64,000 bases of DNA, taken from Eledone cirrhosa (taxonomy: Eukaryota). The notes under the pieces were generated by a model, which did no database searches, had not been told where the DNA came from, and saw only the letters and a list, made by a program, of their open reading frames with translations. The position numbers and the translations under genes are program-made. The stretch lies in assembly GCA_964016885.1 (NCBI GenBank), contig OZ024740.1:77190001-77254000 (forward strand), in the 5' to 3' direction. How positions within the stretch are numbered: the first letter of the stretch is position 1; the number at the start of each line of letters is the position of its first letter. Shown here one piece after another: positions 39,201 through 52,400 of this stretch.

Positions 39201-42200
39201 GGTGTTGGTGGTGGGGCTGGAGTGCTGTTGATGTTGATGTTGGTATTGTTAGCGATGGTATTGGAGTTGGTGTTGGTGTTGATGGTGGGGCGGGAGTGCT
39301 GTGATATTGATGTTGGTGTTGTTAGCGATGGTATTGGAGTTGGTGTTGGTGGTTGGGTTGGAGTGCTGTTGATGTTGAAGTTGGTGTTGTTAGCGATGGT
39401 ATTGGAGGTGGCGTTGGTGTTGGTGGTGGGGCTGGAGTGCTGTTGATGTTGATGTTGATGTTGTTAGCGATGGTATTGGAGGTGGCGTTGGTGTTGGTGG
39501 TGGGGCTGGAGTGCTGTTGATGTTGATGTTGGTGTTGTTAGCGATGGTATTGGAGTTGGTGTTGGTGGTTGGGCTGGAGTGCTGTTGATGTTGAAGTTTG
39601 TGTTGTTAGCGATGGTATTGGAGGTGGCGTTGGTGTTGGTGGTGGGGCTGGAGTGCTGTTGATGTTGATGTTGGTGTTGTTAGCGATGGTATTGGAGGTG
39701 GCGTTGGTGTTGGTGGTGGGGCTGGAGTGCTGTTGATGTTGATTTTGGTGTTGTTAGCGATGGTATTGGAGTTGGTGTTGGTGGTTGGGCTGGAGTGCTG
39801 TTGATGTTGAAGTTGGTGTTGTTAGCGATGGTATTGGAGGTGGCGTTGGTGTTGGTGGTGGGGCTGGAGTGCTGTTGATGTTGATGTTGGTGTTGTTAGC
39901 GATGGTATTGGAGGTGGCGTTGGTGTTGGTGGTGGGGCTGGAGTGCTGTTGATGTTGATGTTGGTGTTGTTAGCGATGGTATTGGAGTTGGCGTTGGTGT
40001 TGGTGGTGGGGCTGGAGTGCTGTTGATGTTGATGTTGGTGTTGTTAGCGATGGTATTGGAGGTGGCGTTGATGTTGGTGGTGGGGCTGGAGTGCTGTTGA
40101 TGTTGATGTTGGTGTTGTTAGCGATGGTATTGGAGGTGGCGTTGGTGTTGGTGGTGGGGCTGGAGTGCTGTTGATGTTGATGTTGGTGTTGTTAGCGATG
40201 GTATTGGAGTTGGCGTTGATGTTGGGGCTGGTGGTGGGGCTGGAGTGCTGTTGATGTTGATGTTGGTTTTGTTAGCGATGGTATTGGAGTTGGCGTTGGT
40301 GTAGGTGGTGGGGCTGGACTGCTGTTGATGTTGATGTTGGTGTTGTTAGCGATGGTGTTGGAGGTGGCGTTGGTGTTGGTGGTGGGGCTGGAGTGCTGTT
40401 GATGTTGATTTTGGTGTTGTTAGCGATGGTTTGGGAGTTGGCGTTGATGTTGGTGGTGGGGCTGGAGTGCTGTTGATGTTGATGTTGGTGTTTTTAGCGA
40501 TGGTATTGGAGGTGGCGTTGGTGTTGGTGGTGGGGCTGGAGTGCTGTTGATGTTGATTTTGGTGTTGTTAGCGATGGTATTGGAGTTGGCGTTGATGTTG
40601 GTGGTGGGGCTGGAGTGCTGTTGATGTTGATGTTGGTGTTGTTAGCGATGGTATTGGAGGTGGAGTTGGTGTTGGTGGTGGGGCTGGAGTGCTGTTGATG
40701 TTGATTTTGGTGTTGTTAGCGATAGTATTGGAGTTGGCGTTGATGTTGCTGGTGGGGCTGGAGTGCTGTTTATGTTGATGTTGGTGTTGTTAGCGATGGT
40801 ATTGGAGGTGGCGTTGGTGTTGGTGGTGGGGCTGGAGTGCTGTTGATGTTGGTTTTGGTGTTGTTAGCGATGGTATTGGAGTTGGCGTTGATGTTGGGGC
40901 TGGTGGTGGGGCTGGAGTGCTGTTGATGTTGATGTTGGTTTTGTTAGCGATGGTATTGGAGTTGGCGTTGGTGTTGGTGGTGGGGCTGGAGTGCTGTTGA
41001 TGTTGATGTTGGTGTTCTTAGCGATGGTATTGGAGTTGGTGTTGGTGTTGGTGTTGGTGGTGGGCCGGGTGTGCTGTTCATGTTGATGTTGTGTTGTTAG
41101 CGATGGTATTGGAGTTAGTGTTGGTGGTGGGGCTGGAATGCTGTTGATGTTGATGTTGGTGTTGTTAGCGATTGTATTGGAGTTGACGTTGGTGTTGGTG
41201 TTGGTGGTGGGGCTGGAGTGCTGTTGATGTTGATGTTGGTGTTGTTAGCGATTGTATTGGAGTTGACGTTGGTGTTGGTGTTGGTGGTGGGGCTGGAGTG
41301 CTGTTGATGTTGATGTTGGTGTTGTTAGCGATTGTATTGAAGTTGACGTTGGTGTTGGTGTTGGTGGTGGGGCTGGAGTGCTGTTGATGTTGATGTTGGT
41401 GTTGTTAGCGATTGTATTGGAGTTGACGTTGGTGTTGGTGTTGGTGGTGGGGCTGGAGTGCTGTTGATGTTGATGTTGGTGTTGTTAGCGATTGTATTGA
41501 AGTTGACGTTGGTGTTGGTGTTGGTGGTGGGGCTGGAGTGCTGTTGATGTTGATTTTGGTGTTGTTAGAGATGGTATTGGAGTTGGCGTTGGTGTTGGTG
41601 GTGGGGCTGGAGTGTTGTTGATATTGATGTTGGTGTTGTTAGCGATTGTATTGGAGTTGACGTTGGTGTTGGTGTTGGTGGTGGGGCTGGAGTGCTGTTG
41701 ATGTTGATGTTGGTGTTGTTAGCGATGGTATTGGAGGTGGCGTTGGTGTTGGTGGTGGGGCTGGAGTGCTGTTGATGTTGATTTTGGTGTTGTTAGCGAT
41801 GGTATTGGAGTTGGCGTTGGTGTTGGTGGTAGGGCTGGAGTGCTGTTGATGTTGATGTTGGTGTTGTTAGCGATGGTATTGGAGTTGGAGTTGGTGTTGG
41901 TGGTGGGGCTGGAGTGCTGTTGGTGTCGCTGTTGGTGTTGTTAGCGATGGTATTGGAGTTGGCGTTGATGTTGGTGGTGGGGCTGGAGTGCTGTTGATAT
42001 TGATGTTGGTGTTGTTAGCGATGGTATTGGAGTTGGGGTTGGTGTTGGTGGTAGGGCTGGAGTGCTGTTGATGTTGATGTTGGTGTTGTTAGCGATGGTA
42101 TTGGAGTTGGCGTTGATGTTGGTGGTGGGGCTGGAGTGCTGTTGATGTTGATGTTGGTGTTGTTAGCGATGGTGTTGGAGTTGGCGTTGGTGTTGGTGGT

Positions 42201-43790
42201 GGGGCTGGAGTGCTGTTGATGTTGATGTTGGTGTTGTTAGCGATGGTGTTGGAGTTGGCGTTGGTGTTGGTGGTGGGGCTGGAGTGCTGTTGATGTTGAT
42301 GGTGTGTTGTTAGCGATGGTATTGGAGTTGACGTTGGTGTTGGTGGTGGGGCTGGAGTGCCGTTGATGTTGATGTTGGTTTTGTTAGCGATGGTGTTGGA
42401 GTTGGCGTTGGTGTTGGTGGTGGGGCTGGAGTGCTGTTGATGTTGATGTTGGTGTGGTTAGCGATGGTATTGGAGTTGGTGTTGGTGTTGGTGTTGGTGG
42501 TGGGGCTGGAGTGCTGTTGATGTTGATGTTGGTGTTGTTAGCGATGGTATTGGAGTTGGTGTTGGTGTTGGTGTTGGTGGTGGGGCTGGAGTGCTGTTGG
42601 GGCAGGAGTGCTGTTGATGTTGATGTTGGTGTTGTTAGCGATGGTATTGGAGTTGGCGATGGTGTTGCTGGTGGGGCTGGAGTGCTGTTGATGTTGATGT
42701 TGGTGTTGTTAGCGATGGTATTGGAGTTGGTGTTGGTGTTGGAGTTGGTGTTGGTGTTGGAGTTGGTGTTGGGGCAGGAGTGCTGTTGATGTTGATGTTG
42801 GTGTTGTTAGCGATGGTATTGGAGTTGGCGTTGGTGTTGGAGTTGGTGGTGGGGCTGGAGTGATGTTGATGTTGGTGTTGTTAGCGATTGTATTGGAGTT
42901 GGTGTTGGTGTTGGTGGTGGGGCTGGAGTGCTGTTGATGTTGATGTTGGTGTTGTTAGCGATTGTATTGGAGTTGGTGTTGGTGTTGGTGGTGGGGCCGG
43001 AGTGGTGTTGTTAGCGATGGTATTGGAGTTGGTGTTGGTGTTGGTGGTGGGGCTGGTGTGCTGTTGATGTTGATGTTGGTGTTGTTAGCGATCTTATTGG
43101 ATGTGGCGTTGGTGTTGGTGGTGGGGCTGGAGTGCTGTTGATGTTGATGTTGGTGTTGTTAGCGAAGGTATTGGAGTTGGTGTTGGTGTTGGAGTTGGTG
43201 TTGGTGTTGGAGTTGGTGTTGGGGCAGGAGTGCTGTTGATGTTGATGTTGGTGTTGTTAGCGATTGTATTGGAGTTGGCGTTGGTGTTGGTGGTGGGGCT
43301 GGAGTGTTGTTGATGTTGATGTTGGTGTTGTTAGCGATGGTATTGGAGTTGGCGTTGGTGTTGGAGTTGGTGGTGGGGCTGGAGTGCTGTTGATGTTGAT
43401 GTTGGTGTTGTTAGCGAAGGTATTCGAGTTGGCGTTGGTGTTGGTGGTGGGGCTGGAGTGTTGTTGATGTTGATGGTGGTGTTGTTAGCGATGGTATTGG
43501 AGTTGGCGTTGGTGTTGGTGTTGGTGGTGGGGCTGGAGTGCTGTTGATGTTGATGTTGGTGTTGTTAGCGATGGTATTGGAGTTGGCGTTGGTGTTGGAG
43601 TTGGTGGTGTGGCTAGAGTGCTGTTGATGTTGAAGTTGGTGTTGTTAGCGATGGTATTGGAGTTGGTGTGGTGTTGGTGGTGGGGCGGGAGTGTTTTTGA
43701 TGTTGATGTTGGCGTTGTTAGCGATGTTATTGGAGGTGGCGTTGGTGTTGGTAGTGGTGCTGGAGTGCTGTTGATGTTGATCTTGGTGTT
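26344..43790. repeat. Block D: ~5-6.5 kb higher-order repeat in three near-identical copies (~26344-32197, ~32198-37440, ~38713-43790)
   Basis: ttcgag marker at 26380/32234/38749 (offsets 5854 and 6515). ORF triplets 26853/32707/39222, 30861/35939/42454 and 31847/36907/43264. Confidence 0.95.
28625..30620. repeat. 997-bp (13-monomer) tandem duplication inside block D copy 1
   Basis: cgggtgtgctgttcatg at 28697/29694 and the C of gtcgctg at 29558/30555, both offset 997. Monomer lengths 80+67+5x80+74+80+4x74 sum to 997. Confidence 0.93.
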
Positions 43791-43979
43791 GTTAGCGATG
43801 GTATTGGATTTGGCGTTGGTGTTGGTGGTGGGGCTAGAGTGCTGTTGATGTTGATGTTGGTGTTGTTAGAGATGGTATTGGAGTTGGCGTTGGTGTTGGT
43901 GGTGGGGCTAGAGTGCTGTTGATGGTGGTGTTGCTAGAGATGGTATTGGAGTTGGCGTTGGTGTTGGTGGTGGGGCTGG

Positions 43980-44880
43980 AGTGTTGTTGATATTGATGTT
44001 GGTGTTATTAGCGATGGTATTGGAGTTGGTGTTGGTGTTGGTGGTGGGCTTGGAGTGCTGTTGATGTTGATGTTGGTGTTGTTAGAGATGGTATTGGATT
44101 TGGTGTTGGTGTTGGTGGTGGGGCTGGAGTGCTGTTGATGTTGGTGTTGTTAGCGATGGTATTGGAGTTGGTGTTGGTGTTGGTGGTGGGGCTGGAGTGT
44201 TGTTGATATTGATGTTGGTGTTATTAGCGATGGTATTGGAGTTGGTGTTGGTGTTGTTGGTGGGCTTGGAGTGCTGTTGATGTTGATGTTGGTGTTGTTA
44301 GAGATGGTATTGGATTTGGTGTTGGTGTTGGTGGTGGGGCTGGAGTGCTGTTGATGTTGGTGTTGTTAGCGATGGTATTGGAGTTGGTGTTGGTGTTGGT
44401 GGTGGGGCTGGAGTGTTGTTGATATTGATGTTGGTGTTATTAGCGATGGTATTGGAGTTGGTGTTGCTGTTGGTGGTGGGCTTGGAGTGCTGTTGATGTT
44501 GATGTTGGTGTTGTTAGAGATGGTATTGGATTTGGTGTTGGTGTTGGTGGTGGGGCTGGAGTGCTGTTGATGTTGGTGTTGTTAGCGATGGTATTGGAGT
44601 TGGTGTTGGTGTTGGTGGTGGGGCTGGAGTGTTGTTGATATTGATGTTGGTGTTGTTAGCGATGGTATTGGAGTTGGTGTTGGTGTTGGTGGTGGGGCTG
44701 GAGTGTTGTTGATATTGATGTTGGTGTTGTTAGCGATGGTATTGGAGTTGGTGTTGGTGTTGGTGGTGGGCTTGGAGTGCTGTTGATGTTGATGTTGGTG
44801 TTGTTAGAGATGGTATTGGATTTGGTGTTGGTGTTGGTGGTGGGGCTGGAGTGCTGTTGATGTTGGTGTTGTTAGCGATG
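43980..44880. repeat. Local 216-bp trimer higher-order repeat (74+74+68), three copies plus a fourth with an extra monomer
   Basis: ttatta at 44005/44221/44437, each followed by gggcttggag and ttagagatggtattggattt. Confidence 0.9.
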
Positions 44881-46684
44881 GTATTGGAGTTGGGGTTGGT
44901 GTTGGTGGTGGGACGGGAGTGTTGTTGATGTTGATTTTGGTGTTGTTAGTGATGTTATTGGAGGTGGCGTTGGAGTTGGTGTTGGGGCAGGAGTGCTGTT
45001 GATGTTGATGTTGGTGTTGTTAGCGATGGTATTGGAGTTGGCGTTGTTGTTGGTGTTGGGGCGGGAGTGCTCTCGATGTTGATGTTGTTGTTGTTAGCGA
45101 AGGTATTCGAGTTGGCGTTGGTGTTGGTGTTGGTGGTGGGGCTGGAGTGCTGTTGATGTTGATGTTGGTGTTGTTAGCGATTGTATTGGAGTTGGTGTTG
45201 GTGTTGGTGGCGGGGCGGGAGTGCTGTTGATGTTGATGTTGGTGTTGTTAGCGAAGGTATTCGAGTTGGCGTTGGTGTTGGTTTTGGTGGTGGGGCTGGA
45301 GTGTTGTTGGTGTTGATGTTGGTGTTGTTAGCGATTGTATTGGAGTTAGCGTTGGTGTTGGTGGTGGGGCCGGAGTGGTGTTGTTAGCGATGGTATTGGA
45401 GTTGGTGTTGGTGTTGGTGGTGGGGCGGGAGTGTTTTTGATGTTGATGTTGGTGTTGTTAGCGATGTTATTGGAGGTGGCGTTGGTGTTGGTGGTGGGGC
45501 TGGAGTGCTGTTGATGTTGGTGTTGTTAGCGATGGTATTGGAGTAGGCGATGGTGTTGGTGTTGGTGTTGGGGCTGGAGTGCTGTTGATGTTGATGTTGG
45601 TGTTGTTAGCGATGGTATTTGAATTGGTGTTGGTGGTGGGGCTGGTGTGCTGTTGATGTTGGTGTTGTTAGCCCTGGTATTGGAGTTGGCGTTGGTGTTG
45701 GGGCTGGAGTGCTGTTGATGTTGATGTTGGTGTTGTTAGCGATGGTATTGGAGTTGGCGTTGGTGTTGGGGCTGGAGTGCTGTTGATGTTGATGTTGGTG
45801 TTGTTAGCCCTGGTATTGGAGTTGGCGTTGGTGTTGGGGCTGGAGTGCTGTTGATGTTGCTGTTGGTGTTGTTAGCGATGGTATTGGAGTTGGTGTGGTG
45901 TTGGTGGTGGGGCGGGAGTGTTTTTGATGTTGATGTTGGTGTTGTTAGCAATGTTATTGGAGGTGGCGTTGGTGTTGGTGGTGGGGCTGGAGTGCTGTTG
46001 ATGTTGGTGTTGTTAGCGATGGTATTGGAGTAGGCGATGGTGTTGGTGTTGGTGTTGGGGCTGGAGTGCTGTTGATGTTGATGTTGGTGTTGTTAGCGAT
46101 GGTATTGGAGTTGGTGTTGGTGTTGGTGGTGGGGCTGGAGTGCTGTTGATGTTGATGTTGGTGTTGTTAGCGATGGTATTGGAGGTGGCGTTGGTGTTGG
46201 TGGTGGGGCTGGAGTGCTGTTGATGTTGATGTTGGTATTGTTAGCGATGGTATTGGAGGTGGCGTTGGTGTTGGTGGTGGGGCTGGAGTGCTGTTGATGT
46301 TGATGTTGGTGTTGTTAGCGATGGTATTGGAGTTGGCGTTGGTGTTGGTGGTGGGGCTGGAGTGCTGTTGATGTTGATGTTGGTGTTGTTAGCGATGGTA
46401 TTGGAGTTGGCGTTGGTGTTGGTGTTGGGGCTGGAGTGCTGTTGATGTTGATGTTGGTGTTGTTAGCGATGGTATTGGAGTTGGCGTTGGTGTTGGTGTT
46501 GGGGCTGGAGTGCTGTTGATGTTGATGTTGGTGTTGTTAGCGATGGTATTGGAGGTGGCGTTGGTGTTGGTGGTGGGGCTGGAGTGCTGTTGATGTTGAT
46601 GTTGGTGTTGTTAGCGATGGTATTGGAGTTGGTGTTGGTGTTGGAGTTGGTGTTGGTGTTGGAGTTGGTTTTGGGGCAGGAGTG

Positions 46685-47280
46685 CTGTTGATGTTGATGT
46701 TGGTGTTGTTAGCGATGGTATTGGAGTTGGCGTTGTTGTTGGTGTTGGGGCTGTAGTGCTGTTGATGTTGATGTTGGTGTTGTTAGCGATTGTAATGGAG
46801 CTGGCGTTGGTGTTGGTGGTGGGGCTGGAGTGCTGTTGATGTTGATGTTGGTGTTGTTAGCGATGGTATTGGAGTTGGCGTTGTTGTTGGTGTTGGGGCT
46901 GTAGTGCTGTTGATGTTGATGTTGGTGTTGTTAGCGATTGTAATGGAATTGGCGTTGGTGTTGGTGGTGGGGCTGGAGTGCTGTTGATGTTGATGTTGGT
47001 GTTGTTAGCGATGGTATTGGAGTTGGCGTTGTTGTTGGTGTTGGGGCTGTAGTGCTCTTGATGTTGATGTTGGTGTTGTTAGCGATTGTAATGGAATTAG
47101 CGTTGGTGTTGGTGGTGGGGCTGGAGTGCTGTTGATGTTGATGTTGGTGTTGTTAGCGATGGTATTGGAGTTGGCGTTGTTGTTGGTGTTGGGGCTGTAG
47201 TGCTGTTGATGTTGATGTTGGTGTTGTTAGCGATTGTAATGGAATTGGCGTTGGTGTTGGTGGTGGGGCTGGAGTGCTGT
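46685..47280. repeat. Local 148-bp dimer higher-order repeat, four copies
   Basis: ctgtagtg at 46751/46899/47047/47195, alternating with gcgattgtaatgga monomers. Confidence 0.92.
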
Positions 47281-48959
47281 TGATGTTGATGTTGGTGTTG
47301 TTAGCGATTGTATTGGTGGTAGCGTTGGTGTTGGTGGTGGGGCTGGAGTGCTGTTGATTTTGATGTTGGTGTTGTTAGCGATGGTATTGGAGTTGGCGTT
47401 GGTATTGGTGGTGGGGCTGGAGTGCTGGTGATGTTGATGTTGGTGTTGTTAGCGATGGTGTTGGAGTTGGCGTTGGTGTTGGTGGTGGGGCTGGAGTGCT
47501 GTTGTTGTTGATGTTGGTGTTGTTAGCGATGGTATTTGAATTGGTGTTGGTGGTGGGGCTGGTGTGCTGTTGATGTTGGTGTTGTTAGCGATGGTATTGG
47601 AGGTGGCGTTGATGTTGGTGGTGGGGCTGGAGTGCTGTTGTTGTTGATGTTGGTGTTGTTAGCGATGGTATTGGAGTTGGTGTGGTGTTGGTGGTGGGGC
47701 GGGAGTGTTTTTGATGTTGATGTTGGTGTTGTTAGCGATGTTATTGGAGGTGGCGTTGGTGTTGGTGGTGCGGCTGGAGTGCTGTTGATGTTGATGTTGG
47801 TGTTGTTAGCGATGGTATTGGAGTTGGCGTTGATGTTGGTGGTGGGGCTGGCGTGCTGTTGTTGTTGATGTTGGTGTTGTTAGCGATGGTATTTGAATTG
47901 GTGTTGGTGGTGGGGCTGGTGTGCTGTTGATGTTGATGTTGGTGTTGTTAGCCCTGGTATTGGAGTTGGCGTTGGTGGTGGGGCGGGAGTGTTTTTGATG
48001 TTGATGTTGGTGTTGTTTGCGATGTTATTGGATTTGGCGTTGGTGTTGGTGGTGGTGCTGGAGTGCTGTTGATATTGATGATGGTGTTGTTAGCGATGGT
48101 ATTGGAGTTGGCGTTGGTGTTGGAGTTGGTGGTGTGGCTGGAGTGCTGTTGATATTGATGTTGGTGTTGTTAGCAATGGTATTGGAGTTGGTGTTGGTGG
48201 TGGTGGTGGGTCTGGAGTGCTGTTGATGTTGATGTTGGTGTTGTTAGCGATGGTATTGGAGTTGGTGTTGGTGTTGGTGGTGGGGCTGGAGTGTTGTTGA
48301 TATTGATGTTGGTGTTGTTAGCGATGGTATTGGAGTTGGTGTTGGTGTTGGTGGTGGGGCTGGCGTGGTGTTGATGTTGATGTTGGTGTTGTTAGCGATG
48401 GTATTGGAGTTGGTGTTGGTGTTGGTGGTGGGGCTGGCGTGGTGTTGATGTTGATGTTGGTGTTGTTAGCGATGGTATTGGAGTTGGTGTTGGTGTTGGT
48501 GGTGGGGCTGGAGTGCTGTTGATGTTGATGTTGGTGTTGTTAGCGATGGTATTGAAGTTGGTGTTGGTGTTGGTGGTGGGGCTGGAGTGTTGTTGATATT
48601 GATGTTGGTGTTGTTAGCGATGTTATTGGAGGTGGCGTTGGTGGTGGAGCTGGAGTGTTGTTCATGTTGATTTTGGTGTTGTTAGTGATGTCATTGGAGG
48701 TGGCGTTGGTGTTGGTGGTGGGGCTGGAGTGCTGTTGATGTTGATGTTGGTGTTGTTAGCGATGGTATTTGTTGGTGTTGGTCGTGGGGCTGGAGTGCTG
48801 TTCACGTTGATGTTGGTGTTGTTAGCGATGGTATTGGAGTTGGTGTTAGTGTTGGAGTTGGTGGTGTGGCTGGAGTGCTGTTGATGTTGATGTTGGTGTT
48901 GTTAGCGATGGTATTGGAGTTGGCGTTGGTGTTGGTGTTGGTGGTGTGGCTGGAGTGCT

Positions 48960-49420
48960 GTTGATATTGATGTTGGTGTTGTTAGCAATGGTATTGGAGT
49001 TGGTGTTGGTGTTGGTGGTGGGGCTGGAATGCTGTTTATGTTGATGCTAGTGTTGTTAGCGATGGTATTGGAGTTGGCGATGGTGTTGGTGTTGGTGGTG
49101 GGGCTGGAGTGCTGTTGATGTTGATGTTGGTGTTGTTAGCGATGGTATTGGAGTTGGTGTTGGTGTTGGTGGTGGGGCTGGAATGCTGTTTATGTTGATG
49201 TTAGTGTTGTTAGCGATGGTATTGGAGTTGGCGATGGTGTTGGTGTTGGTGGTGGGGCTGGAGTGCAGTTGCTGTTGATGTTGGTGTTGTTAGCGATGGT
49301 ATTGGAGTTGGTGTTGGTGTTGGTGGTGGGGCTGGAATTCTGTTTATGTTGATGTTAGTGTTGTTAGCGATGGTATTGGAGTTGGCGATGGTGTTGGTGT
49401 TGGTGGTGGGGCTGGAGTGC
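48960..49420. repeat. Local 154-bp dimer (74+80), three copies
   Basis: gaat at 49027/49181/49335, each followed by gtttatg...tagtg...ggcgatgg. Confidence 0.85.
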
Positions 49421-52400
49421 TGTTGATGTGGATGTTGGTGTTGTTAGCGATGGTATTGGAGATGGCGTTGGTGTTGGTGTTGGTGGTGGGGTTGGAGTGC
49501 TGTTGATGTTGATGTTGGTGTTGTTAGCGATGTTTTTGGAGTTGGCGTTGCTGTTGGTGTTGGGGCTGGAGTGGTGTTGATGTTGATGTTGGTGTTGTTA
49601 GCGATGGTATTGGAGTTGGTGTTGGAGTTGGGGGTTGGGCTGGAGTGCTGTTGATGTTGATATTGGTGTTGTTAGCGATGGTATTGGAGTTGGTGTTGGA
49701 GTTGTGGGTGGGGCTGGAGTGCTGTTGATGTTGATGTTCGTATTGTTAGCGATGGTATTGGAGCTGGCGTTGGTTTTGGTGGTGGGGCTGGAGTGCTGAA
49801 TGTTGATGTTGGTGTTGTTAGCGATGGTATAGGAGCTGGCGTTGGTTTAGGTGGTGGGGCTGGAGTGCTGTTGATGTTGATGTTGGTGTTGTTAGCGATG
49901 GTATTGGAGCTGGCGTTGGTTTTGGTGGTGGGGCTGGAGTGCTGTTGATGTTGATGTTGGTGTTGTTAGCGATGGTATTGGAGCTGGCGTTGGTGTTGGT
50001 GGTGGGGCTGGAGTGCTGTTGATGTTAGTGTTGTTAGCGATGGTATGGGAGTTGGTGTTGGTGGAGGGCTGGAGTGCTGTTGATGTTGATGTTGGTGTTG
50101 TTAGCGATGGTATTGGAGTTGGGGTTGGTGTTGGTGGTGGGGCTGGAATGCTGTTTATGTTGATGTTGGTGTTGTTAGCGATGGTATGGGAGTTGGTGTT
50201 GGTTTTGGTGTTGGGGCTGGAGTGCTGTTGATGTTGGTGTTGTTAGCGATGGTATTGGAGTTGGCATTGGTGTTGGTGGTGGAGCTGGAGTGCTGTTGAT
50301 GTTGATGTTGGTGTTGTTAGCGATGGTATGGGAGTTGGTGTTGGTTTTGGTGTTGGGGCTGGAGTGCTGTTGATGTTGGTGTTGTTAGCGATGGTATTGG
50401 AGTTGGCATTGGTGTTGGTGGTGGGGCTGGAGTGCTGTTGATGTTGATGTTGGTGTTGTTAGCGATGGTATTGAAGTTGGTGTTGGTGGTGGGGCTGGAG
50501 TGCTGTTGATGTTGATGTTGGTGTTGTTAGCGATGGTATTGGAGTTGGTGTTGGTGGTGGGGCTGGACTGCTGTTGATGTTGATGTTGGTGTTGTTAGCG
50601 ATGGTATTGGAGTTGGCGATGGTGTTGGTGTTGGTGGTGGGGCAGGAGTGCTGTTGATGTTGATGTTGGTGTTGTTAGCGATGGTATTGGAGATGGCGTT
50701 GGTGTTGGTGTTGGTGGTGGGGTTGGAGTGCTGTTGATGTTGATGTTGGTGTTGTTAGCGATGTTTTTGGAGTTGGCGTTGCTGTTGGTGTTGGGGCTGG
50801 AGTGGTGTTGATGTTGATGTTGGTGTTGTTAGCGATGGTATTGGAGTTGGTGTTGGAGTTGGGGGTTGGGCTGGAGTGCTGTTGATGTTGATATTGGTGT
50901 TGTTAGCGATGGTATTGGAGTTGGTGTTGGAGTTGTGGGTGGGGCTGGAGTGCTGTTGATGTTGATGTTCGTATTGTTAGCGATGGTATTGGAGCTGGCG
51001 TTGGTTTTGGTGGTGGGGCTGGAGTGCTGTTGATGTTGATGTTGGTGTTGTTAGCGATGGTATTGGAGCTGGCGTTGGTTTAGGTGGTGGGGCTGGAGTG
51101 CTGTTGATGTTGATGTTGGTGTTGTTAGCGATGGTATTGGAGCTGGCGTTGGTTTTGGTGGTGGGGCTGGAGTGCTGTTGATGTTGATGTTGGTGTTGTT
51201 AGCGATGGTATTGGAGCTGGCGTTGGTGTTGGTGGTGGGGCTGGAGTGCTGTTGATGTTGATGTTGGTGTTGTTAGCGATGGTATTGGAGTTGGTGTTGG
51301 TGTTGGTGGTGGGGCTGGAGTGCTGTTGATGTTGATGTTGGTGTTGTTAGCGATGGTATTGGAGCTGGCGTTGGTTTTGGTGGTGGGGCTGGAGTGCTGT
51401 TGATGTTGATGTTGGTGTTGTTAGCGATGGTATTGGAGCTGGCGTTGGTGTTGGTGGTGGGGCTGGAGTGCTGTTGATGTTGATGTTGGTGTTGTTAGCG
51501 ATGGTATTGGAGTTGTCGTTTGTGTTAGTGTTTATGGTGGGGCTGGAGAGCTGTTGCTGTTGATGTTAGTGTTGTTAGCGATGGTATGGGAGTTGGTGTT
51601 GGTGGAGGGCTGGAGTGCTGTTGATGTTGATGTTGGTGTTGTTAGCGATGGTATTGGAGTTGCGGTTGGTGTTGGTGGTGGGGCTGGAATGCTGTTTATG
51701 TTGATGTTGGTGTTGTTAGCGATGGTATGGGAGTTGGCATTGGTGTTGGTGGTGGAGCTGGAGTGCTGTTGATGTTGATGTTGGTGTTGTTAGCGATGGT
51801 ATGGGAGTTGGTGTTGGTTTTGGTGTTGGGGCTGGAGTGCTGTTGATGTTGGTGTTGTTAGCGATGGTATTGGAGTTGGTGTTGGTGGTGGGGCTGGAGT
51901 GCTGTTGATGTTGATGTTGGTGTTGTTAGCGATGGTATTGGAGTTGGTGTTGGTGGTGGGGCTGGACTGCTGTTGATGTTGATGTTGGTGTTGTTAGCGA
52001 TGGTATTGGAGTTGGTGTTGGTGGTGGAGCTGGAGTGTTGTTCATGTTGATGTTGGTGTTGTTAGCGATGTTATTGGAGGTGGCGTTGGTGTTGGTGCTG
52101 GGGCTGCAGTGCTGTTGATGTTGATGTTCGTATTGTTAGCGATGGTATTGGAGTTGGTGTTGGTGTTGGTGGTGGGGCTGGAGTGCTGTTGATGTTGATG
52201 TTGGTGTTGTTAGCGATGGTATTGGATTTGGCGTTGGTGTTGGTGTTGGTGGTGGGGTTGGAGTGGTGTTGATGTTCATGTTGGTGTTGTTAGCGATGGT
52301 ATGGGAGTTGGTGTTGGATTTGGTGTTCGGGCTGGCGTGCTGTTGATGTTGAGGTTGGTGTTGTTAGGGATGGTATTGGAGTTGGCGTTGGTGTTGTTGT

